This document shows positions 39,902 through 49,813 of a stretch of 64,000 bases of DNA, piece after piece. A model generated the notes under the pieces. The model made no database searches. It was not told where the DNA came from and saw nothing but the letters and a program-made list of their open reading frames with translations. Made by a program: the position numbers and the translations under genes. This stretch comes from Hyalangium minutum (GTDB taxonomy: Bacteria > Myxococcota > Myxococcia > Myxococcales > Myxococcaceae): NCBI RefSeq assembly GCF_000737315.1, contig NZ_JMCB01000001.1, positions 558,001 to 622,000 on the forward strand, written 5' to 3'. The stretch's first letter is position 1; every line of letters starts with the position of its first letter.

Positions 39902-40013
39902 GGCACAAGCTCCTGAAAAGGGGGCCGAGACCCGCTCGGGGTCTCGCCCTGTGGTTGATTGAAGAGTAAGAAGGGTCGCGGACATATTCGGTCCGCAATT
40001 CGAGGAGCCCTCC

Positions 40014-40997
40014 GTGGTCCAGACCTCCGCTCGGCTGCTCAGCCTGCTGTCCCTCTTGCAGTCCCGGCGCTTCTGGTCGGGCGAGGAGCTGGCGCGCCAG
40101 CTCGAGGTGACCGAGCGCAGCGTCCGCCGTGACATGGACCGCCTCCGGAGCCTCGGCTATCCCGTGCATGCCACCGCGGGCGTTGGCGGCGGCTACCAGC
40201 TCGGCGCTGGAAAGGAGCTGCCGCCCCTCCCCCTCGAGGATGATGAGGCCGTGGCCGTCGCCGTGGGGCTGCGCGTGGCCGCCACCGGGTCCGTGACGGG
40301 CATGGAGGAGGCCTCGGTGCGGGCGCTCGCCAAGCTGGAGCAGGTGCTCCCCAAGAGGCTCCGGCGCCGGGTCAGCGCGCTGCACGCCGTGAGCGTCCGG
40401 CTGGGCGACACCGGGCCCACTTTCGATGCTGAGGCCCTGGCCGTGATGGCCAATGCCTGCCGCGACTGCGAGCTCCTCCGCTTCGACTACAGCAGCCACC
40501 AGGGCGTGGCCAGCGAGCGCCTCGTCGAGCCCTACCGGCTCGTCCACACCCGCTACCGCTGGTACCTCCTGGCGTACGACGTGGAGCGGGAGGCCTGGCG
40601 CACCTTCCGCGTCGATCGCATCGGCGGGAAGCCCAAGCCTGGACGGCGATTCAAGCCCCGCCCCCTCCCCTCCGAGGACGTGGCCGCCTACGTGTCCCAG
40701 TCCGTCTCCACAGACGTGTACCGCTTCCGCGCCCGCGCCACGGTGCTTGCCCCCGCGCACGTCGTCTCCGAGCGGCTGTCCGGCGTGGCCGGGCGCATCG
40801 AGGAGCTGGCGCCGGACCGCTGCCTCCTCCACACCGGCGCCGCGACCCTCGAAGTGCTGGCGTTCCACCTCGGGTTCCTCGGATTCGAGTTCGAGGTGCA
40901 CGAGCCCCAGGAACTCGTGGATTTCCTTCGTCAGGCGTCCGAGCGGCTCGCCCGGGCGGCGAAGCGGATGGAGGCCGCAGCGGACAAAACGCCCTGA
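40014..40997 (+). CDS. HTH-WYL transcriptional regulator (YafY family)
   Basis: RLLSLLSLLQ, ELARQLEVTERSVRRDMDRLR, GGYQL, RWYLLAYD and FRVDRI motifs. Confidence 0.92.
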   Translation: MVQTSARLLSLLSLLQSRRFWSGEELARQLEVTERSVRRDMDRLRSLGYPVHATAGVGGGYQLGAGKELPPLPLEDDEAVAVAVGLRVAATGSVTGMEEASVRALAKLEQVLPKRLRRRVSALHAVSVRLGDTGPTFDAEALAVMANACRDCELLRFDYSSHQGVASERLVEPYRLVHTRYRWYLLAYDVEREAWRTFRVDRIGGKPKPGRRFKPRPLPSEDVAAYVSQSVSTDVYRFRARATVLAPAHVVSERLSGVAGRIEELAPDRCLLHTGAATLEVLAFHLGFLGFEFEVHEPQELVDFLRQASERLARAAKRMEAAADKTP

Positions 40998-41049
40998 AGG
41001 CTTGTTGTTTCAGGCACTTAGCAATTGCCGAAAAAAGATCGAAATGCCG

Positions 41050-41076
41050 TGTCGATCTCTCGCCCTCTCAGTCGAC
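41050..41076 (+). promoter_or_regulatory. ECF42-type promoter upstream of the DGPF/ECF operon
   Basis: TGTCGA-N17-CGAC, matching the ECF42 consensus as I recall it (-35 TGTCGA, -10 CGA/TC). Confidence 0.55.
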
Positions 41077-41125
41077 GCATTTGTAGAACCGGGGATGAAC
41101 CCCGGTGCAAGACGGAGAGACAACG

Positions 41126-41557
41126 ATGAAGTTCATGGTCCTGGTGAAGGCGACGAAGGAGTCCGAGGCGGGCACGATGCCGAGCGAGGAGATGCTCACC
41201 GCCATGATGAAGTACAACGAGGAGCTGGTGAAGGCCGGCATCATGCTCGCGGGCGAGGGACTTCACCCCAGCTCCAAGGGAGCGCGGATCCGGTTCTCCG
41301 GCCCCAAGCGCACCGTGATCGACGGTCCCTTCGCCGAGACCAAGGAGCTGGTCGCCGGCTTCTGGCTCTGGCAGGTGAAGTCCAAGGAGGAGGCCATCGA
41401 GTGGCTCAAGCGCTGCCCCAACCCCATGAACGAGGACAGCGAGATCGAGCTGCGCCAGGTGTTCGATGCGGAGGACTTCGCGGCGAGTGACCCCACCGGC
41501 GAGGTCCGGCGGAAGGAAGAGGAGCTCCGCGCCCTCACCGAGTCGCGCCGCGGTTAG
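41126..41557 (+). CDS. YciI/DGPF-domain protein
   Basis: AGEGLHPSS, VIDGPFAETKELVAGFW, IELRQV. Confidence 0.92.
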   Translation: MKFMVLVKATKESEAGTMPSEEMLTAMMKYNEELVKAGIMLAGEGLHPSSKGARIRFSGPKRTVIDGPFAETKELVAGFWLWQVKSKEEAIEWLKRCPNPMNEDSEIELRQVFDAEDFAASDPTGEVRRKEEELRALTESRRG

Positions 41558-41623
41558 CAGTTTGCGAGGCACGGTGCGCCTCGCGCCTTGCGCGGGCGGA
41601 GGAAGATGCTCTAGTCGCGAGCC

Positions 41624-42946
41624 GTGACGGCTTCCGAGACGCATCGTGCCATCCACGCGGTCTGGAGAATCGAGTCGGCCCGGCTCATCGCGGGTCTCAC
41701 CCGGCTCGTGCGCGACGTCGGTCTCGCCGAGGAGCTGGCGCAGGACGCGCTCGTCGCCGCGCTGGAGCAGTGGCCAAAGTCGGGCGTCCCAGACAACCCC
41801 GGCGCCTGGCTCATGGCCTCCGCGAAGCATCGCGCCATTGACCAACTGCGCCGGAAGCAGCGCCTCGAGCGAAAGCACGAGGAGCTGGGTCATGAGCTCG
41901 AAACCCAGCAGGCGCTGTCCGTGCAGGACCTCGACGCCGCGATCGACGACTCCGTGGGCGATGACCTGCTGCGGCTCGTGTTCATCTCCTGTCACCCAGT
42001 GCTCTCGACCGAGGCCCGCGTGGCGCTCACCCTCCGGTTGCTCGGAGGCCTGACCACCGAGGAGATCGCCCGCGCGTTCCTCGTCCCGGAGCCAACCGTC
42101 GCCCAGCGGATCGTCCGGGCCAAGCGGACCCTCGCCGAGGCCCATGTTCCCTTCGAGGTTCCCCGGGGGCCCGAGCTCGAGGCCCGCGTGTCGTCAGTGC
42201 TCGAGGTCATCTACCTCGTCTTCAATGAGGGCTACTCGGCGACCGCCGGGGATGACTGGGTGCGGCCCGCGCTCTGCGAGGACGCGCTCCGTCTGGGCCG
42301 CATCCTGGCGGGGCTCGTCCCCGAGGAGCCGGAGGTCCACGGCCTCGTCGCGCTCATGGAGATCCAGGCCTCGCGCCTGAGGGCGCGGGTGGGTCCGTCG
42401 GGCGAGCCCATCCTGCTCCTCGATCAGAACCGCGCGCTCTGGGATCAGCTGCTCATCCGCCGAGGGCTCTCGGCGCTGGCGCGGGCCGAGACGCTCTCTC
42501 CCGAGCGAGGCCCGTACACGTTCCAGGCCGCGATTGCCGCCTGCCACGCCCGCGCACGGACCGCGGAGCAGACGGACTGGCCGCTCATTGCCGCGCTGTA
42601 CACGGGGCTCGCCCAGCTCTCGCCCTCTCCTGTCATCGAGCTGAATCGCGCCATGGCGCTCTCGATGGCGTTCGGCCCCGCGATAGGGCTCCAGCTCGTC
42701 GATGAGCTGACCGAGGAGCCGTCGCTCCAGGGCTACCACCTGCTGCCGAGCGTGCGCGGAGACCTGCTCTTCAAGCTGGGCCGCTACGACGAGGCTCGCG
42801 GGGAGTTCGAGCGCGCGGCCTCCTTGACTCGCAACGCACGCGAGAAGGGCGTGCTGCTCGAGCGCGCCGCAGCGTGTGCTCGCGACCCCCTCCCGCAGCC
42901 ACCCTCATCGCCTCCCGAGGGCAAGGCCCCCACGCGGCGGCGGTGA
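41624..42946 (+). CDS. ECF sigma factor with TPR-like C-terminal extension (ECF42 type)
   Basis: AEELAQDAL, GVPDNPGAWL, DDLLRLVFISCHPVL, FNEGY, FQAAIAACH; paired with a DGPF gene. Confidence 0.9.
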   Translation: MTASETHRAIHAVWRIESARLIAGLTRLVRDVGLAEELAQDALVAALEQWPKSGVPDNPGAWLMASAKHRAIDQLRRKQRLERKHEELGHELETQQALSVQDLDAAIDDSVGDDLLRLVFISCHPVLSTEARVALTLRLLGGLTTEEIARAFLVPEPTVAQRIVRAKRTLAEAHVPFEVPRGPELEARVSSVLEVIYLVFNEGYSATAGDDWVRPALCEDALRLGRILAGLVPEEPEVHGLVALMEIQASRLRARVGPSGEPILLLDQNRALWDQLLIRRGLSALARAETLSPERGPYTFQAAIAACHARARTAEQTDWPLIAALYTGLAQLSPSPVIELNRAMALSMAFGPAIGLQLVDELTEEPSLQGYHLLPSVRGDLLFKLGRYDEARGEFERAASLTRNAREKGVLLERAAACARDPLPQPPSSPPEGKAPTRRR

Positions 42947-42958
42947 GCACAGGAGGGC

Positions 42959-44098
42959 TCAGCGCAACACCGGAAGGGGGAAGCGATCCGGGCGGGAGTC
43001 CCGCAGAACCTGTGAGGCAGGGCCCACCTCCGCCGCGCCCAGCCCGTCACGCTGGGAGCGGAAAGTGGCCTGAGGATCTCTCGCGCTCGCCTTTCCCCCG
43101 TGGAAGAAGGCAAAGCGCATGGCCAGGGCGCCCACGGTGGTCAACGCACTGGCCGCCACCGTCTTCCAGCGCTGGCGCCCAGGCCACAGCGCCAGTCCGA
43201 GCCCCGCGACGGTGCACACCTTGAACGCCTTCCACAGCGCTCCCGATGCTCCGGTCCGCAGCGGTCTGGCCACCGGCTCCGAGCGTGATGCATCCCGCTC
43301 CACCGCCACGGTTGCCGCCAATGCCGCCGCCGTGCCGCTCAGCCAGAAGACGCGCACCACCCGGCGCTCGTGGCGGTGCAGGGGGAGCAGCTCGAGGAAG
43401 GCGCCACAGCTCGCCACCGAGGAGCTCATGAAGAGCAGCGGCAGGGTGCGGTGCGTGTGCTGCCAGAGTGGCACCGCGCTGTTGCAGAGAAGCACCGCGG
43501 TGTAGCCCGCCAGCGGCATGCCGAGCAGTCCGCCCACCACGCCCGCGGCCCGTCCCGCCCATCCCAGAAAACCGCGTCCGTGCGACAGCACGACCGCCGC
43601 GCTGTTGGCCGCACCCGAGCCGGCGAGCGACCAGGAGCCCATGCTCATCGGCGACTTGGGCCGGAACACGCGCAGCATGTTCAGGAAGCGCTCGGGCCGT
43701 CCCAGGTCATGGATGAGCAGACCTCCGCTCACGGCATCCCCCACGGCGCCCACCCAGTGGCAGCGCTTCGCCAGTCCATCGAGCCGCCCCCGCCCACAGA
43801 GCTGCGCGGCCACCCCGAGCAGGCTCGCAGCCCCGGCGAGCCCTCCCACGTAGAGGTAGAGGGGAACGCTCCAGATCCACACGGGCTCTTTGACAGCGGG
43901 CTGGCCGTAGTACGTGGGCGTGGGCTCGCCCTGGCCAGCACGCACGGGCAGCTCTCCCCGGGCCAGCGCGGAGGGAACCGGCGCGTCGATCTGCTCGACC
44001 CGCTGCTGCGAGCCCTCGCCGCGCAGGAGCCCCAGCTCGGGATCCACGTTCCGGCCATCGTGGCGCCGCTGTGCCTCGTCCAGCCTCAAGTCGCTCAT
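42959..44098 (-). CDS. NrfD/PsrC-family membrane anchor subunit
   Basis: KEPVWIWSVPLYLYVGG, DLGRPERFLNMLRVFRPKSPMSMGSW, YTAVLL; multiple TM helices. Confidence 0.88.
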   Translation of the reverse strand: MSDLRLDEAQRRHDGRNVDPELGLLRGEGSQQRVEQIDAPVPSALARGELPVRAGQGEPTPTYYGQPAVKEPVWIWSVPLYLYVGGLAGAASLLGVAAQLCGRGRLDGLAKRCHWVGAVGDAVSGGLLIHDLGRPERFLNMLRVFRPKSPMSMGSWSLAGSGAANSAAVVLSHGRGFLGWAGRAAGVVGGLLGMPLAGYTAVLLCNSAVPLWQHTHRTLPLLFMSSSVASCGAFLELLPLHRHERRVVRVFWLSGTAAALAATVAVERDASRSEPVARPLRTGASGALWKAFKVCTVAGLGLALWPGRQRWKTVAASALTTVGALAMRFAFFHGGKASARDPQATFRSQRDGLGAAEVGPASQVLRDSRPDRFPLPVLR

Positions 44099-44889
44099 GT
44101 CCCCTCCCCTCCCAACAGCACCGCCCCCACCGCGAGCACCGCCATCCCCAGCGCGCCCAGCCCTACGCTGGCCCAGCTCGACTTGCCCTTGCGGGTGGGC
44201 ACCACGGGATCCGGCGGCAGGTTGTAGACCTCCGGCCGATCCACCAGCAGGAAGAAAGCGTTGAGGCCTCCCGTGCCCGGCTGGTTCTCTCCGTCCACTC
44301 CGTAGAGGTACGCGTCCGTGACGCCCTGCGCGTGCAGCTTCTCCACCCGCTTCCGGGCGCGCTCCTGGAGTTCCTCCACGTCACCGAACTGGATGGACTG
44401 CGTGGGACAGTGCTTGGCGCACGCCGGCGTCATGTCGTCCTTGAGCCGGTCGTAGCAGAGCGTGCACTTCCAGGCGCGCCCGTCGTCCGGGCGCCGATCG
44501 ATGACACCGAAGGGACAGCCCACCACGCAGTAGCCACAGCCGTTGCACACGTCGGGCTGCACGTAGACGGTGTCGAACTCGGTGCGGATGATGGCCCCCG
44601 TGGGGCACGCCTCCAGGCAGCCGGCGCTCTGGCAGTGCTTGCAGACGTCCGACATCATCAGCCAGGAGAAGTTGCCCAGACCGGACTCCTGGCCCTGCAA
44701 CGGCACCGGCCGCTCGACGAAGGCCACGTGCCGCCACGACGAGGCACCCAGGTGGCCCGTGTGGTCGTAGGACATGCCCGTGAAGTGGAAGCCGTCGTCC
44801 GGCAACTGGTTCCACTGCTTGCAGGCCACCTCGCACGCCTTGCAGCCGATGCACAGCGTGGTGTCGGTAAAGAAGCCTTTGCGGCCCAT
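44095..44889 (-). CDS. Formate dehydrogenase iron-sulfur (beta) subunit, four 4Fe-4S clusters
   Basis: CIGCKACEVAC, CKHC...C...CP, CNGCGYCVVGCP, KCTLC...PAC...CP; C-terminal TM helix. Confidence 0.92.
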   Translation of the reverse strand: MGRKGFFTDTTLCIGCKACEVACKQWNQLPDDGFHFTGMSYDHTGHLGASSWRHVAFVERPVPLQGQESGLGNFSWLMMSDVCKHCQSAGCLEACPTGAIIRTEFDTVYVQPDVCNGCGYCVVGCPFGVIDRRPDDGRAWKCTLCYDRLKDDMTPACAKHCPTQSIQFGDVEELQERARKRVEKLHAQGVTDAYLYGVDGENQPGTGGLNAFFLLVDRPEVYNLPPDPVVPTRKGKSSWASVGLGALGMAVLAVGAVLLGGEGT

Positions 44890-44895
44890 CTGGCG

Positions 44896-47800
44896 CTACT
44901 CCTTCCTCTCCTGCATGGGCTGCGGCAGCGGCTCCTTGGGCCCAGAGCCCCGGCTGGGCTCAAGCGTGCCGGGCGGCAGCGGAGGCACCCGCTCCCGAGC
45001 CGACACCTCATGGCCCTCGCTGCGCCGCCCCGGACGAATGTCCCCGGTGAACGCCTTGGACTCCTGAATGGTCACGTTCGGATCTCCCACGAGCGCGGCC
45101 AGATCATTCGCGCTATCGCCTCGCGTCCGGCCCACCCCGCCCCAGTGGTACGGCAGGCCGATCTGGTGCACCCGGCGCCCGTCCAGCTTCAGCGGGCGCA
45201 GCCGCTCCGTGACGAGCACCCGGCACTCGATCTCCCCGCGCGCGGTGGACACCGTCGCCCAGCCTCCGTGAATGAGCCCTCGCTCGCGCGCCAGCTCCGG
45301 AGACACCTCGCAGAACATCTCGGGCTGCAGCTCGGACAGCCAAGACAGCCAGCGGCTCATGCCTCCCGCGGTGTGGTGCTCGGTGAGCCGGTATGTGGTG
45401 AGCACATACGGATAGCGGGGATCGCCCCAGGCCAGATGGTAGGGGTTGTCGCGGCGGCGCCACTCCAGCCGCATCGGGTTGCACTGCTGCATCGGGTACA
45501 GAAAGTTCGGAACGACGGACTCGTGCGGCTCGTAGTGCGTGGGCATCGGCCCGTCGATGATGCCGCTCGGGGCAAAGAGCCAGCCCTTGCCGTCGGCTTG
45601 GAGCAGGAACGGATCGATGCCCGAGAGCGTGGCCAGGCCCGTGTCCCCCTCCTTCGGACGGTACGAGGGAGGCCGGTTCACGATGAAGTCCGGCACATCC
45701 TCGCCCGTCCACCGCGCCGCTTGAGCGTCCCACCAGACGTACTTCTTGCGCTCGCTCCACGGACGGCCTTCCGGATCGGCCGAGGCCCGGTTGTAGAGGA
45801 TGCGCCGGTTGGCCGGCCACGCCCAGCCCCACTCCGGGGCTACCCAGCTCTGCTCCTGGCCGGGCTTGCGCCGCGCGGTCTGGTTCACCCCCTTCGCGTA
45901 GCAACCCGAGTAGATCCAGCACCCACAGGCCGTGGAGCCATCGTCGGAGAGCTCGGCGAAGTTGTTCACCGGTGCTCCGCTGTCCACCCGGTAGCCGTTG
46001 ATCTCCGCGAGCACTGCCTCCGGATCCGGCTCTTGGTGCTCGCCCGACACCGGATAGTTCCAGAGCAGATCCTGGATGGGCCGATCCTTCTCCTCCGTCG
46101 AGGCGGCGTAGAGTTCCTGGAGCCGGCGCCCCAGGTGGAACAGGAAGTGAAGCTCGCTGCGCGCGTCCCCGGGCGGCTCCACCGCCTTCTCGCGCCACTG
46201 CAGCAGCCGCTGGGTGTTGGTAAAGGTGCCCTCCTTCTCGGTATGGGCCGCGGCCGGAAAGAAGAAGACCTCCGTCTGGATGTCCTCGGGGCGCAGCTCG
46301 CCGCTGGCGATCTCGGGAGAGCGCTGCCAGAACTCGGCCGTCTCGATGAGGACCGGGTCGCGCACCACCAGCCACTCCAGCTTCGCCAGTCCCTTGCGCT
46401 GCAGCGTCCCGCTGGAGGAACCCACCGCCGGGTTCTCACCCATGACGAAGTAGCCCTTCACCTTGCCATCCGCCATGTCCGCGCTAGTCGTCAGGTGCGA
46501 GTGATCCCCCGTCAGCCTCGGCAGGTAGCCGAACGCGTAGTCATTGTCCGCGCGCGCCGCGTCCCCGAAGTACGCCTTCAGCAGCGAGACGATGTACTTG
46601 GGCAGCTCGCTCCACCAGCCGGACTGGGCCTGGTTCGTCTTGAGGTACTCCTCCAGCCGGCCCACGTGGTGCACGTGGGGCATCGGCAGGTAGCCGGGCA
46701 GGATGTTGTAGAGCGTCGGAATGTCGCTCGAGCCCTGGATGGAGGCGTGGCCGCGCATCGCCATGATGCCCCCGCCCGGCCGCCCGATGTTCCCCAGCAG
46801 CAGCTGGATGATCGTGGCCGTGCGGATGTACTGCACTCCCACCGTGTGCTGCGTCCACCCCACCGCGTAGCAGAAGGCCGTGGTGCGCTCGCGGCCCGAG
46901 TTCTGGCACAGCGTCTCGGCCACCTTGAGGAACAAGTCCCGCGGCACGCCGCAGAGCCTCTCCACCATCTCCGGCGTGTAGCGGGCGAAGTGGCGCCGCA
47001 GGATCTGGAAGACGCAGCGCGGGTGCTGGAGCGTGGAGTCGTGGCTCGCGGCCGACAGCCGCGTCTCGCGCGGAGAGCCCTGGCCCGCCCCTGGCTCCGC
47101 GAAGAGCTGCTTGTGGCCCGAGGCCGCCACCACTCCCGACGCCCCCTCATACTGCCAGCTGCGCGGATCGTACTTGCCCTCCTCCGGCATCCACCCGCTG
47201 AACAGTCCGCCCAGCTCCTCCGTGTCCCGAAAGTCCTCGCGGATGATGGCCGGAGCGTTGGTGTAGTGGACGACGTAGTCCTTGAAGTACCGCTCGTTCT
47301 CCAGGATGTAGCGGACGATTCCTCCCAGGAACGCGATGTCCGAGCCCACGCGGATGGGCACGTGGAGGCTCGACATGGCGCTGGTGCGCGTGTAGCGCGG
47401 ATCCACGTGGATGATCGTGGCCCCGCGCTCCTTGGCCTCCATCACCCACTGGAAGCCCACCGGGTGGCACTCGGCCATGTTGCTGCCCTGGATGAGGATG
47501 CAGTCCGAGTTCTGCAGGTCCTGCTGGAACCCCGTGGCACCGCCTCGGCCGAACGAGATGCCCAGACCGGGCACCGTGGACGAGTGTCATATTCGGGCCT
47601 GGTTCTCCACCTGCACGATGCCCAGCGCGGTGAAGAGCTTCTTGATGAGGTAGTTCTCCTCGTTGTCGAGCGTCGCCCCGCCCAGGTGCGCGATGCCCAG
47701 CGTGCGCCGCACCACATGGCCGTTGATGTCCGTGTCCTCCCACGTCTCGTCGCGGGTCTTCTTCACCCGCTGGGCCACCTTCTCCATGGCCTGCTCCAGC

Positions 47801-48156
47801 GGGATCTGCTCCCACTCGGTGCCACCTGGACGCCGGTAGAGCACGTGCTTCTCGCGCTGCGAGCCCGTGACGTACTGGAAGGTCGCGGCGCCCTTGGGGC
47901 ACAGCCGCCCGCGCGAGATGGGTGACTCTGGATCTCCTTCGATGTCCGTGATGCGGCCTTCGCGCGTGTAGACGAGCTGGCCACAGCCCACCGCGCAGTA
48001 CGGGCACACAGAGCGCTTCACGGTGTCCGCATCGCGCGTGCGCGCGTGGAGCTGCTCGCTGCGCCCGGTGGCCGCCGTGGCTCCCAGCCCGTCCAGGTCT
48101 CCTGCCCTCAACTGACGGAGCACCGGCCAGCGTGTGAACCAGTCAATCCATCTCAC
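44896..48156 (-). CDS. fdnG: Formate dehydrogenase alpha subunit, selenocysteine-containing (in-frame UGA at 47587-47589)
   Basis: ORFs 47587-48201 and 44896-47574 are in the same frame and joined by ENQARI-UGA-HSSTVPGLG; CPYCAVGC, RLCPKG, GSNMAECHP, MRGHASIQG, TYRLTEHH; start GTG 48156 is inferred. Confidence 0.92.
47558..47574 (-). promoter_or_regulatory. Bacterial SECIS element
   Basis: mRNA GUGCCC-GGUCU-GGGCAU hairpin starting 12 nt 3' of the UGA; apical GGUC as in the E. coli fdhF SECIS. Confidence 0.85.
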
Positions 48157-48225
48157 GGTGTGCCTCCAGGGCCAGCAGAGCGCGTGCTTCACGGTGTGCA
48201 CGCCCTGCGCTGGAGGCGAGGTGTC

Positions 48226-49710
48226 CTAAGGCCCAGTCCCCTGCTCGCCCGGCTGCTGGGGTCGCGCCTTCGGCAGATAGATGGAGAAGCAGCTGCCGCG
48301 CCCCTGCTCGCTGCGTACGTCGATCCAGCCCCCGTGGTCCCGCACCAGGCCATAGGAGACCGCCAGCCCCAGCCCCGTGCCCTCCCCCACGTCCTTGGTG
48401 GTGAAGAAGGGCTCGAAGATGTGAGGCAGCACGTCGGGGGCAATGCCCTCGCCCTCGTCCTCCACCTCCAGCCGCGTCCACTCCGCCTCGGGTCCCCCCA
48501 CATCGGGCGGAGGCGTGGCGCGAACATCCGCCGCCCGGATGCGCACGGTCGTCGAGGGCTTCGAGGCCTGGACGCCATTGACCACGAGGTTCGTGAGCAC
48601 CTGCTGGAGCTGCCCCGCGTCCACCTCCAGTACCCATGCCTCGGGTACCTCGGAGAGCAGGTTCACCCCTCGCTTGGCCGCCAGAGGCCGGAGCAGGCTC
48701 AGGGTCCTCGCCGTGAGCTGCCCCAGATCCTCCGGGGCCCGCTCCGGGGGCCGGCGCCGCGCGAAGTCCAGGAGCTGGCGGATGATGTGCGTCATGTGCT
48801 GAGCCTGCTGGGAGATGATCTGGGCGCACTCGCGCACTTCGTCCCCCTCCGCCTCGCCCGAAGAGATCATCTTCGAGCGGCCCAGCACCACATTGAGCGG
48901 AGTGCCCAGCTCGTGGGCCACGCCCGAGGCCAGCTTCCCCACGGTGTTCAGCCGATCCGCATGCCGCAGGTGCTCGAGGGCCGCCAGGCGCCCCGCCATC
49001 TCCACCGCGATGTCCTCGCGCGCCTTCTGGAGCATCTCGCCCATGCGGTTCATCGCGGTGCCCAGCGTGGACAGCTCGTCCTTCTGATGAAGCTGCACCC
49101 GGGCCTCCAGGTTCCCCTCGCCGATGCGGTGGGCCAGGTCCACCAGTTGCTGGACCGGGTACCCCACCAGCCGACGGCCCATGGCCATGGCGGCCATCAG
49201 GAAGGCCACGGCGATGACACCCGTGGCGACAGTGGCCCCCACCACGGCGGTGCGCAGGTGCTGCTGTTGCTGGATGAGGGACTCGGACAGCTCGATGGCG
49301 CCCAGCCGGCCGCCAACGAGCACCGGCATGTAGGTGTACAGCACGCCCGGCGTCACGCTCGCATCCACCCTCCAGCTGTCTCGCCCCGAGCGCAGCGCGG
49401 TCAACAAGCCCGGAGGCATGTCGCTGGGAAGCGAGCGGGCCGAGCCCGCGTCGAGCCACACCCAGCGCAGGTGGATCTGATCCTGAAAGCGGTTGGCCTG
49501 GTCCAACAGCATGAGCGCCTCTTGCTCACCCGCCTGCGACCACGCCTTGCCGATGGAGCCTGCCAGGGTGTGCCCCAGCAAGCGATGGTCATGCCGCATG
49601 TCCAGTTCGGAGCGCGCCAGCTCGCGGCGCACCTCGAACACCTCCAAAACGGCGATGACCACAATGGCCAAAAGGGTAAGTGCGAGGGTGATCTTACGGG
49701 CGAGCTTCAC
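48226..49710 (-). CDS. Membrane sensor histidine kinase (HAMP-HisKA-HATPase)
   Basis: Two TM helices; GVAHELGTPLN H-box, QVLTNLVVNG N-box, DEGEGI, FEPFFTTK, GTGLGL. Confidence 0.92.
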   Translation of the reverse strand: MKLARKITLALTLLAIVVIAVLEVFEVRRELARSELDMRHDHRLLGHTLAGSIGKAWSQAGEQEALMLLDQANRFQDQIHLRWVWLDAGSARSLPSDMPPGLLTALRSGRDSWRVDASVTPGVLYTYMPVLVGGRLGAIELSESLIQQQQHLRTAVVGATVATGVIAVAFLMAAMAMGRRLVGYPVQQLVDLAHRIGEGNLEARVQLHQKDELSTLGTAMNRMGEMLQKAREDIAVEMAGRLAALEHLRHADRLNTVGKLASGVAHELGTPLNVVLGRSKMISSGEAEGDEVRECAQIISQQAQHMTHIIRQLLDFARRRPPERAPEDLGQLTARTLSLLRPLAAKRGVNLLSEVPEAWVLEVDAGQLQQVLTNLVVNGVQASKPSTTVRIRAADVRATPPPDVGGPEAEWTRLEVEDEGEGIAPDVLPHIFEPFFTTKDVGEGTGLGLAVSYGLVRDHGGWIDVRSEQGRGSCFSIYLPKARPQQPGEQGTGP

Positions 49711-49813
49711 GGGACCTCGGCGAACGGGATGGACTCCATTACTCCGCCCGTGATGCCCTCCCCAAGGGCCCCGTGTCTCTGCCAGAGTGAGCACAGGTGT
49801 TCCAGGGGCGGAC

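Noticed and set aside
47587-47589. Nonsense mutation making fdh a pseudogene
   Set aside because: The UGA is at the conserved Sec/Cys ligand position and is followed by a correctly spaced SECIS
44071-47925. Very long ORFs such as 44071-47925 (+), 53193-55940 (-), 27816-30389 (+), 17843-20134 (-) and 695-2563 (+)
   Set aside because: Antisense shadows of real genes caused by high GC3; Arg/Ala/Gly/His-rich, with no motifs
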